Source of the DNA: Octopus bimaculoides
Taxonomy: Eukaryota
Assembly: GCF_001194135.2 (NCBI RefSeq)
Contig: NC_068993.1
Coordinates: forward strand, 63,388,935-63,452,934
Direction of reading: 5' to 3'
DNA: 64,000 nt
Shown in pieces: positions 52,154 to 63,135 of this stretch. How positions within the stretch are numbered: position 1 is the stretch's first letter; the number at the start of each line of letters is the position of its first letter. The translations under genes were made by a program, and so were the position numbers. The notes beneath the pieces are model-generated. The model was not told where the DNA came from, ran no database searches, and saw nothing but the letters and a program-made list of their open reading frames with translations.

Positions 52154-52739
52154 NNNNNNNNNNNNNNNNNNNNNNNNNNNNNNNNNNNNNNNNNNNNNNN
52201 NNNNNNNNNNNNNNNNNNNNNNNNNNNNNNNNNNNNNNNNNNNNNNNNNNNNNNNNNNNNNNNNNNNNNNNNNNNNNNNNNNNNNNNNNNNNNNNNNNNN
52301 NNNNNNNNNNNNNNNNNNNNNNNNNNNNNNNNNNNNNNNNNNNNNNNNNNNNNNNNNNNNNNNNNNNNNNNNNNNNNNNNNNNNNNNNNNNNNNNNNNNN
52401 NNNNNNNNNNNNNNNNNNNNNNNNNNNNNNNNNNNNNNNNNNNNNNNNNNNNNNNNNNNNNNNNNNNNNNNNNNNNNNNNNNNNNNNNNNNNNNNNNNNN
52501 NNNNNNNNNNNNNNNNNNNNNNNNNNNNNNNNNNNNNNNNNNNNNNNNNNNNNNNNNNNNNNNNNNNNNNNNNNNNNNNNNNNNNNNNNNNNNNNNNNNN
52601 NNNNNNNNNNNNNNNNNNNNNNNNNNNNNNNNNNNNNNNNNNNNNNNNNNNNNNNNNNNNNNNNNNNNNNNNNNNNNNNNNNNNNNNNNNNNNNNNNNNN
52701 NNNNNNNNNNNNNNNNNNNNNNNNNNNNNNNNNNNNNNN
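52154..52739. other. Assembly gap (N run); others at 575-584, 1002-1417, 2121-2130, 9659-9707, 19353-19362, 25939-25948, 34535-34618, 42606-42615, 62358-62367
   Basis: Runs of n. Confidence 1.
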
Positions 52740-52907
52740 AAAACAGGCAGAGTTTATTTGTTCATTTGCAATAAATAATTCACTTCATTGCTACTTCAAG
52801 TTTCTTGTGTATTTAATTAAACGAGTGTATACCAAGAACCAGAATACCATGGTTCTGAAATCTCTATTTCTTGAAAGGTCACTCAGGAATGACCTTTATA
52901 TTAAAAG

Positions 52908-53710
52908 TGTTACAATGATAAAGGAGATGTCTTAAAAGTAATTACAGAAGTATCAAATTGCTGGACCAGGTAACGAGAGTTATGAAGAGAAATGAAGTCC
53001 AATTAATCAGGAACAGAATTTTACTAAATGCGATGCTGATGCCATCTTAGTCAGACAACTGCAGGCGAAGTATTTAGCTAAAGTAAACCATTGTGGTTTG
53101 TCAATCTGAAACAGCTTTCAATAGAGACCCACACTCTGTAAAATAACAATCATTTGCGAAGCCAGGGGTAAATGAATGGCTTGTGGAGGCTGTAGAAGCC
53201 ATGTACGAGGATGCTGTCAGTAAGGTGAGTGTTAATCATGTGTACATCAATGAATTTAGTGTACAGGTCGGTGCTCATCAGGGCTTGGTTCCTAGTCTTT
53301 CATGACAGAATTTAAGACTGGTTACCCTTAAGAATTACTATATGCTGATAACCTCATTCTAATTGCAGAATCTGTAGAACTGAAAAAGAAATTCCAGGTA
53401 TGAAAGCGAATCAAAGGGCCTTAAAGTTGACTTAGCAAACACCAGGGTTTTAGTAAGCAGGAAAACTGACAGGACTCTACTAACACCAGGTAAATGGCCA
53501 TGCTTGATATGTTGGAAAGCCGAGTGCTAGAGCTCCCATCATTGCAAGCTATGGGTGCATAGGAAGTGCAGTGCACTATCAGGGAAGTTAATGAGAAAAT
53601 AGAGCTTGTATGTGGCAGATGCACAGGTGTAATAAAGTCTAAGGGCTTGAAGAAATAGAGTTTCTCAAATGCCCAAAGGAATCGTGAGAAGTAGCTGATA
53701 GTTTCTGTTA
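52908..53710 (+). mobile_element. Degraded RTE-type LINE, reverse transcriptase and Cys-rich region
   Basis: Pieces in shifting frames: KGD..NYRSIKLLDQVTRVMKR, VRQLQAKYLAK, EWLVEAVEAMYEDAVSKV...VQVGAHQG, ELLYADNLILIAES (YADD equivalent), GKWPCLICW...WVHRKCS...VCGRCTG. Confidence 0.85.
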
Positions 53711-55039
53711 TTAATCTAATGAACGATTACCTCCATTGGTAACAAAATGTTTCTCTTTCAGGGTGAAAGGCAAATTGTATAATTCTGTGATGCTACATGG
53801 TATGGAGATGTTTATCCCTGCCCCCCATCAAGCATTCTATATGTCTCAACTTCCAAATACTCAGCCCTCCATCTCTCCTCTATGCTACTACTCAATTGCT
53901 GTTGTCATTTAAGAGCACATTTTTCAACCCCTTTCTACACTACCTCCTCCTCCCCACTGGACCCCTTTTTGCACTACTTCCTCCTTCTCCCCACTGGACC
54001 CACTTCTTATTAACATCTACCCCCTTCGTTTTCCTTATTATCCCTTCCTGCAACTATTTCCCACTGATCATCCTCTTTCTCTTCCTCTCCAGTTATCTTT
54101 CAGCAGCATCTTTAACACCTCTAACCTATCAATTCTCAATTCTCTCGCATATCTGCCATCATTTCCCCACCTCACTGTTATAACTCTGCTCACTACAGCC
54201 ACTCTTACGTACCTCTCACTTCCATCCCTGTCACTGTACATCTCCTTAGCCCACTTCAACTCCCATAGTAACGGATAATGGGTAACTAATTGAAATAGCA
54301 TCAAATCATGAACTGAAAACTCTAAAGCTGTTTTCTTCTTTCGAGGAAGTCAACGAATATGAATCCAAAACAGATTTTGATATGACAAAAATTTATGAAG
54401 AATAAAAAACAAAATGTGAAAGCTGAGAGATAAATAATGCTTATTGCATTAGTAATAACAGGTATGTTGAGAATGATTTGGAAAGAAATCCTACAGGTGA
54501 GAACATAAGCGAAACCCTAGGATTTACAAACGTTTTATAGGAAAATAGTGTGGAAACAAGAAAACCAAAACAACACATAAACCAAAGTATACAGAGCGGC
54601 AGTAGTAGTAGTAAATATCAATTGATGCAACCTATTTATTGGTGCTGTTAAATACAAAGAACAAGAAATGCTGTTGGCCATTTTACATCTTGTTTTCCTT
54701 CTCATTTCTTTTGTTTTTCTTTTTGTCTGTCGTAAACAGGCAATCAACATAGATTTCAAACAGATTCCAAATTCTATTTTTCTTCGCTTTGTCACTTCGT
54801 ATATACAAATGTGTGTGAATGTGCATGTGTGTTTGTGTATAATGGCATATGTGTGTGTGTGTGTGTGTTTTTCTCTTTTAAACATTCTGTTTGATGCCAG
54901 GAACCATCTATTGAAGTATTCCACTGTGTAAGCGTGCGTACATATATCAATGAAAATTAAAGTGTGTAGACATGTGTTTGTGTGTTTGATGACAAAGAAA
55001 ACCTACTTTTTCTCTCAATAAAATGACTCAGAAATTTCC

Positions 55040-55891
55040 CATTTGCACCGACAGAGTGAGTGCAGATGTGTTTCTCTCTGTTTCCATTTGCAGAGACCAT
55101 TCTACTTACACATTGCTCTTTCTACATGTTCCTGCAAGAATGGATGTGTATCTCTTGCACTCTTTTTTGCAAAAATACATTGCACAGCATGACAGAGAAA
55201 GTTGTCATGGAGATACCTGCTCAGAGGCCTATGCAGAGTTGCAGAAAGTGTATGGAGAGGGGTGTATGAGCTGAAGACAATCATATGACTGGTTCAGACG
55301 TTTCCAAGATGGCCGGAAAAATATCGACATTGACAAACGTTCTTGGAGACCCACAGCCAGTAGAAGTGAGAAAAATATCGCAGATGCGTGTGCAGCTGTG
55401 AGGGGAAATTGTCGAATCACCATCCATGAGTTATCAGAGGATGTGTAGATTAGTTACGGTTCAGTTCAGTCCATTATTACTGAAGATTTGAGTATGAGAT
55501 GCGTGTCTGCCAAGTTTGTGCCAAAACTACTTTCAGCTGACCAAAAGGACACTCGGGTTTCAATTGCACAAAATGTCTTTGATTGTGTCAAGAACAATGG
55601 AGACTTTTCAGAAACTTTGCATTGGTCTCTGAGCAGGTATCGCCAAGCTTTTGGCAAAGTTTGATGCAGATTCTCTGCTCAACTTTCTCTGTCATGGTCA
55701 ATGCAACGATCACACACTACACACCTTCCTACCAAGCACAGCTGTAAACAGCAGAAGTGAGCTATAATGTTAAAACTTAATGCACATGCACAGCAGAGTT
55801 CAAGGTCCATCTTTGCCAAGCAGCTTTACTCTGCGTGCTTTAGCTTCGTTACTATGCCAACAGTCCGGATACTTATTGATCAGACCATGTA
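55040..55891 (+). mobile_element. Internally deleted, inactive mariner (DD34D-type) transposon
   Basis: MTEKV (55189), frameshift, then GDTCSEAYAELQKVYGEGCMS*RQSYDWFRRFQDGRKNIDIDKRSWRP...RITIHELSEDV*ISYGSVQSIITEDLSMRCVSAKFVPKLL (HTH domains and the FVP linker motif). The catalytic domain is absent. Right TIR agtccggatacttattgatcagaccatg|TA at 55862-55891; no left TIR found. Confidence 0.85.
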
Positions 55892-56454
55892 TTGTTGTAA
55901 ACTGCTGACACAATGACAGCTGCACCTCGTCTGCATCTGAAGCAGGTGTTTCTCTGCCTATCTTTTACGTACCTGCCTTTATACTTTCTGTATAACAATG
56001 CATGTACAGGTAACCGATTTAAATATATACTCATGTTCTCATATCTGTGTAGAACTAAAATTTTGGTACCTCAAGAATTAAATGAAGAGTGATTAAATGA
56101 ACAATCACCACAAGGTATCATGTCTGCCAATCCTCAATCTTGGATTGGGATTTTATTTTATTGATCCTTAAAATCGAAAGACAAGGTTGACCCCAGCAGC
56201 GTTTGAACTCAGGGCTCAAAATCCTGGAAGAAATACCACAAGGTATTTTTTCCTCTTCTTTCTTTACCTTCTCATCACTCTGCTAAATCTTTGCTTTCAT
56301 TGTGTTTCTGTTCGATTCGGACAGAACTGGACAACAACTTCATTAAAAATATATTCAGAAAACGGTCAAACCTCTGACCACTCAATTCCACTGGCCCTCC
56401 ACACCCACCAACCCTTCTCGTCTGGCAGAGTTTACATTTAAATATTTATTACAA

Positions 56455-56640
56455 ATGGTGCTAACACCACCACCATTATTATTATTATTATTGTTGTTGT
56501 TGTTGTTGCCACCATCAACATCCCCCCCCACCACCACCAACAACAACAACACCAGCATCATCATCATCAGTACTGTTGTTGCTGCTGCTGCTGCTAATGC
56601 TGCTACAACCATCACCACCACCACTACTACTCCTGCCATC
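56455..56640. repeat. Mixed trinucleotide low-complexity tract (CCA/ATT/TTG/CAA/GCT)
   Basis: Direct inspection. Confidence 0.9.
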
Positions 56641-57879
56641 ACAAATTTAACAACCATTTCTGGCATAGCTTTGACACTTTTTATTGGAATCTGCCAGCTC
56701 TTAACATTGCAATCATATGATGTGTGTGTGTGTGTATACATGAGATATGATGTGTGCATGTATATATGATTGAGATGTGATATGTATGTGTGTATACACG
56801 AGAAGTGTAGATGAGTCTAGCACTTTGAGTCCAAACCTTAACAAGATCAATCTTACGTTCCATCACTTTGAATTTATGAATAAAATACCAATAATTAACT
56901 GGGGTTGCAGCTTCTTTTTTCCTCCTCTTTATTTCATTCTCATTTTTCTATAATTGGCTCCACTGCTCTTGTCCAGTATAATTTTTTTGTTTGTTTGTTT
57001 GTTTGTTTGTTAAGATGGTTGGGTTTTATTTGAAGGAGATTGCCCTGACAGTTCTGATCAGACAATTCTTTCGAAGTTCCATTTTTGCCTCATCCAAATG
57101 CGGGTAAAGGATCGCAAGGATCACTCATTTGCCATGATTGTTTGTCTTATTTTCTCGTTAAGTTTAACTTTGAATTCCAAATTTCTAAACACTGAAACAA
57201 ACAGGTTTCTTCCATATTTGGAATTCATTTTTAATTCACTCAGAAACAGAACGGTCACAAAAAGCATTGCTTTTAACCTGAGAAGAAAAACTTGTTCAGG
57301 AAATATATTTGCCACTTGCTGACTCTCATCAATTTTTGAGGATAACAAAACAAGCGAAAAACATAACAGCATAAATAAATAAATAAAAGTGTAATTATCC
57401 AGCGAAAACAGAACCTGGTTTTGCAGTTAATTTTGGCAGAATTTCTTTAGACATGACAACTTCCATTAGCATTTCATTTCTATCAATTAGCAATGAATTT
57501 TGAAAGTTTTGCCAACATTTCTTTTGTAACGTTTTAACTGTGTGGACTACTTTTCATTCTCTCTCCGCTAATTGTATATCATATTTTGGTATTTCTGGAA
57601 TGAGTTCTTGTGAAAGTTCTAGACGTTGATTAACCTTCATCTTTTCTGCTTCTATTCTGTATTTACACCAGAATATTCTATGATTCTATTGAAGTGCCAT
57701 ACTTTACAAATGTACAGACATCATCTTCATTGAGGCTGGAACTCACAACATTCTTTTTTTATCATTTTTTGGAGCACAAAATTTTCATACATAAAAATAT
57801 GAACATGAATCTATATTTATCTATAAATGTAACTAACAGACACACATACACTCACATATATTATATCGTCGTCATCATC

Positions 57880-58316
57880 ATCATCATCATCATTTAGCAT
57901 CCATTTTCGATGCTGGCATAGATTAGATAGTTTGACTGGAACTGGTCAGCTGCTCTGGGCTCCATCTTGCCTCTTTTGGTATGGTTTCTACAGCTGGATG
58001 CCCTTTTTAACATCAACCACTCCAAAGGTGCAGTGGGTGCCAGTTACTCTAACACTGGCATCAGCCATGACTATGAACTCACTTGGTTTGACAGGTTTTC
58101 TCAAGTACGGTATATTGTGAACGGTCTTGCTCACTTACCCCTGCCTCCATGAGGCACAACATTCAAATGGTGTTCTTTACGTGCCACCAGCATGGGTGCA
58201 TTACACAATGCTGGCATTGGACACAATTACAATTTCACTTGGCTTGATGGGCCTTCTTAAGCATGACATATTGCCAAAGGTCTCGGTCACTTGTCATTGC
58301 TTCCATGAGACCCAAC
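57880..58316 (-). mobile_element. Older RTE 3' UTR/tail copy
   Basis: (CAT)n, then gtttctacagctggatgccc ... gtgcagtgggtgc ..., same motifs as the 32.7 kb copies. Confidence 0.7.
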
Positions 58317-58366
58317 GTTATATATATATATATATATTGGAAGGTTTGGAGGTGATGTACAGGAAT

Positions 58367-58610
58367 TATATATTGGAAAAAATAATAAGGTACTCAGATA
58401 TCTGGATGGTTGTACATTTACAGATTTTTATTAATATGTCACATGTTTTATAAATATTAGCACTTGCACCTATTCTTGTAGGTTCTTCAGATGAACTCTT
58501 CTGAAGAACCTACAAGAATAGGTGCAAGCGCTAATATTTATAAAACATGTGACATATTAATAAAAATTTGTAAATGTACAACCATCCAAATATCTGAGTA
58601 CCTTATTACT

Positions 58611-58624
<14 letters not shown>
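58367..58624. mobile_element. 125-bp-arm palindrome with minimal hammerhead-like motifs, inserted in TA repeat
   Basis: Arms 58367-58491 / 58500-58624 with 5 mismatches and an 8-nt loop. CTGAAGA-accta(caagaa)taggt-GCAA-gcgc-TA at 58501-58533. Confidence 0.75.
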
Positions 58625-58657
<33 letters not shown>

Positions 58658-60379
58658 TTATATTTTTATATTATATTATATATTCCATATTCTATATCCC
58701 ACATAAATTTTACAAGAATATAAATAAAAAACATAAAAAACAGACAGAGTTGGAACTCTTTTAAATACATACATACATACAAACATACATACACACATAC
58801 ACACAGAAATACATACATACATAAATACACATACATATGCACATATATACATACACACAGAGTATGTAAAATTGTCTTGAATTAATCATTGTCCAACATT
58901 TTCAAGCAATTGCAAATATTAATTTTGAAAAGAAATAAACAAAAACAAGAAAAGATATTTTACAGTTAAAAAATAATGCATTTATCATTTGGAGGGGAAG
59001 ATTCTAGAAAGAAAAAAAAAACGTTTCTTAAAATGAAAGAATAATTTAATGTAATTTCTGCACCTGTGTAATTTACGCAGGTGATTTTCAGGATAAAAAG
59101 TGTTAAAAAAAACCTCTACTCATATAAAATTCACACCTAAAAGTTTTCAGAATTGCCGATATGGCTGGATTCAATTTATTTGTATTTAACATAATTTCAC
59201 TTACTTATAATTAAATTTTATTAAATTCTCATTAAATAAAAATAATTTCTGTTTAACACATATCACCTTGAAAGCTATTAAATTACAAAGTGTTTTTGTT
59301 GTTTATAATAAACTTTATTTTATACTTCTTGCCTACAAGAGTATGTCCGATCTTCAGCATACTTCTATATGTTTTCTCAAATCATGATCACAGGAAAAGT
59401 TGTTGATAATTGTTATCAATAAAACCAAAACTGATAAATACACACAAATGTTACAAAATAAGTTTAATTAACAATAAACATCAGCTTGGATGACACTTTA
59501 CTCAACTGACATATACATACACACACATAGAAAAAACAAGAGGGGTGTGTCTTCACGCAGAGATCAAAGAGTAAAATGCAATGTCCTAAGTTTCGTGCTG
59601 GGACATTATTGGTTGCCTCTTGCAAGAGCAGTGTTGTTATTGAAGCTTCCACATTCATCTGGTTGTACATGCAAGATGTCTACCAGCCATGTGCATGGAA
59701 GAAAATCATAATACAAGTGCAGACAAACTAATAAGTGATGAAAGCAAGTGTGTGAAAGAGGTAATATCTCAGGTGTTTCAAAGGTTAGTTTACTTCGAAT
59801 GTGAACAAGCTATGTTTATGAACAGAGCGCATCTGCACAGAGTGCAAAGGGATGCAGTGAGAATAGACACAGCTGTATACACACTCCCACACACAGACAC
59901 ACATAGCTGAACACGCACTTATGCAAACAAGCACATATACACCCGCTCACAACACCTGTACGTACACACTTACAACACCTGGATGTACACACTTACAAGC
60001 AGCTTCATTGAAGCATGGGACCACATACATGTGACCACATGTATGTCCATATCTGCAAAGTACTAAGAGCTGAAGCATAAATAAATGCTGTTACATGCAT
60101 GAGAAAAGAGAAAAAAAACTCTCAGGGAAATTATATAAGATCAAAGATGTAAGAGGAAGTTAGTTAGATGATGATGATGATGAAGATGGACAGAATAAAC
60201 TAATCAGCAAGGGGACAGTTGTCAAATAATCTTGTTTCTGCTGTTTGGACAGTTCTCAGATTACTTTAATCTATAATATTTCCATTGTACAAAGCCTGCA
60301 TTTGTTTTGATCACTTTTGTTGCATGGTTTCCTTCTTTTTATGATGCATTTCCGGTCTAAGGCCAAGTGTCTGCTTTTC

Positions 60380-60600
60380 TGAACGAGTAACCTGGATTGT
60401 CTTATGTTACAGGTTTGATTGTGATGGGTGTCTTCATGTTAGGATCACAAATGTAGTTTCATCCGTCTGACACCAGGATGAGAAAGTTTCTGGAAGACCA
60501 GCCGACCATGTATGGAAACTAAGAGACCAAAACATTGACTGCAGCATCAAGCATGTTTATGTCAGTCATATGGGATAAGAACCAGCATCCACAAAAGACA
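60380..60600 (+). mobile_element. Degraded Penelope-like GIY-YIG endonuclease C-terminal remnant
   Basis: HKCSF (60446-60460), frameshift, PADHVWKLRDQNIDCSIK (60498-60551). Resembles the remembered PLE motif NH..SF...LS.HIW.LK.....IKW. Confidence 0.45.
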
Positions 60601-61913
60601 ATGATCCCCAAGTGTTAGTGTTTCACTGAGTTATCTCCCATTATGTCCATCTTGTGTTTCTATCTTACGAGAAAACTGAAATAAGTAGTGAGGCGATAAT
60701 AAGAGCAGCTAAAATCCTCTTTCTGCTCCAGCATGGCAATAATTTACTTATAATGTTTAGTATGTTACTATTATATACCTCAATGATGTCAGAGTGAAAG
60801 GCAAAATAACTTTAATGATGAGATTTGAGCTCAGGCACACTAAATTGGCCTTTCTTTTTGGTGGTGTGTATACATACATGCATGGACATACAAACACACA
60901 TATATTTAGGGAGAGAGAGAGATTAAATAAATGGCAATGGAACAAGAAATTATGTAATGAGGGCCATTACACAATTTCTTATTCCCTTGTCATTTTCTTT
61001 TCTTATTTCTGCTCTGTACTCAACTGATGCTTTGTTTTCGAGCAATTATATATTTAGTTCTAACACTAGGCCTAAGCAATATATATATATCTTTGTAACT
61101 TGGGAGCAATAAATACCACAAAGCATTTTTGTGCAACATTTTATTGACAATTTCCTTTTGAGGTGTTTGTCTTTCACTGATGTGTGTGTGTGTGCATGTG
61201 TATACACATGCATGCACATATACACTAGGTTTCTCTACAGTTTCCATTTAATAAACTATAATATTTGCTATTGGCTACAAGTTTCCAATGGATTAAACAC
61301 TACTGAGTCCCTTCCGTTTCAATGGTATCAATCAACCCAAAGCTTTGGTGGATGACATTAATTTGAAACTGAAACCATTCTGATGGTTGGCCTCAAAAAG
61401 AAAATAAATAAATAATAATAATAATAATAAAATCCGTACAATGTTTTTTTCCTTTTCCACCAAAATACAAAGAAACAGAAGTGCAAGTGAGTGGGGGGGG
61501 GGGGTCAACCAATTAATTACTTGATGAACTTGTTGTTGTTTTCAGAATTAAACAAGATTTATTTGTTTTCTAAAAATTTTATTTATTTCAAACACACAAA
61601 GTTTGTTTTTGTTTTTTGTTAGATTTTAGTCCAATCTTTCTTGTTATTGTTGTTGTTATTGTTGTCTTGCTTGTTCAAGTGTTCAGTAGCAAGGTATTTC
61701 ATCATTCGTTATCATTATTATTATTATTTTTAGTATTTTAGTAGTTATTTTATATCTAGTTCCCCTCCCCTCCTTTACGCAGGAGGCTGAGAAGAAAAAC
61801 AAGAAAAAAGTCCTTTAATGATATTCTATTTTCAAAAGCAGAACAATTCTCTGGCTTTTAAGGTATATTTTGTGTCTGTGTGTATATATGTATGTACACG
61901 TTTCTGGGCATAT

Positions 61914-61954
<41 letters not shown>

Positions 61955-62316
61955 CATTGTATGATTGATTAGTTAAGAAGTTCATTGTTTGCAACCATGA
62001 AGTCCTGAATTTGAATTCGCTGTGTGCCATCTTGGGAGAATGTCATTTTCAACGACTCACATCAGCTCATATCCTACGAGAAGAAACTGTATGGAAGCCC
62101 AGTTGTTGGTTTCGTACCTGTAACTCAAAAGGCACAGCCTTGTCACACCGATTCTGACTGAGAATCATGTTAAAGGTGTACCTGTCTGTGGAATACTCAA
62201 CCACTTATGTTTAATGCAGAAGCAAATAATTCAGTAAATCAAATAACTGAATCATCACCATCATCATCAAATGTCAGAGATCCACCACCATTTGTGTATA
62301 AATATATATATATATA

Positions 62317-62357
<41 letters not shown>

Positions 62358-62367
62358 NNNNNNNNNN

Positions 62368-62400
<33 letters not shown>

Positions 62401-62460
62401 TGCACACTTGTATTGAACAGTCAGGATGAGTGTTCAATAATCAGTGGTAGATAAATATTC

Positions 62461-62955
62461 TTTATTTGTAGATTAACAAGACTACCGTTGGTTTCATGCA
62501 AAAGAAATCTCTAAATAAATATCAAACCTGTCAGATATGAACATTGCTACTCATCTCCATCTTGGTAGCAGGCTCGAAAATTGCTGAGAGATTTCTCTCG
62601 GCATGAAAACACCAACGGTAGCTTTATTAATGCACAATAACTTTTATATATATACATATATATATATATGTAATGCATATATGTGTATATGTAATATATA
62701 TATGTATTTATGTACATATGTATATATGTAATGTGTATATGTAATATATGTAATATTATAATATATATGTGTGTGCAAATATATATATATATTTATCTAT
62801 TTCTTTTTCTTTTTTTTATGGGAAGTGTGTCTTGTGATAGAAATGAAGGCACATGAGTTATGCAGCATAGAAATATTCCGGTGCTTGTGATGCTGGGAAA
62901 CACTCAAATAAGAAGTTTATGTGATTAGGAAGTGTGATTTGTTAGAGAAATTTTG
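62461..62955 (-). promoter_or_regulatory. Candidate sarcoglycan 3' UTR with AATAAA (minus strand) at 62623-62628 and 62461-62466
   Basis: TTTATT on the + strand downstream of the minus-strand stop codon. Confidence 0.4.
62485..62618. mobile_element. Tc1/mariner-type MITE, 134 bp
   Basis: TA|CCGTTGG...CCAACGG|TA. The imperfect inverted arms extend through tttcatgc...gaaatctct. Confidence 0.65.
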
Positions 62956-63135
62956 TTATCTTCGACAGGCATCATTTGTTGCCATACATTCTTCTGTTGG
63001 TGGCGCCAGGAATAACCGGCCTGTATTGCACATACATAACTGGAAAACTTTTGCATTAAAGTTGGTAGAATTGCCACCTGCGTCTCGATTTATCTTCAAA
63101 TTTTTTAGGTAAATACCTTTGGCATCAAATGATAT
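62956..63135 (-). CDS. SGCD: Terminal coding exon of a delta/gamma/zeta-type sarcoglycan (rest of gene lies beyond the window)
   Basis: Minus-strand acceptor ctttatttctttttttttttcaacag|, phase 0, 180 nt: ISFDAKGIYLKNLKINRDAGGNSTNFNAKVFQLCMCNTGRLFLAPPTEECMATNDACRR*. Matches the sarcoglycan C-terminal four-Cys motif (delta-type as remembered: IMLDAAKIRLPRL...KVFEICVCANGRLFLS...TCQ...VC). Probably co-orthologous to SGCD/SGCG/SGCZ, so the symbol is provisional. Confidence 0.85.
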   Translation of the reverse strand: MSFDAKGIYLKNLKINRDAGGNSTNFNAKVFQLCMCNTGRLFLAPPTEECMATNDACRR

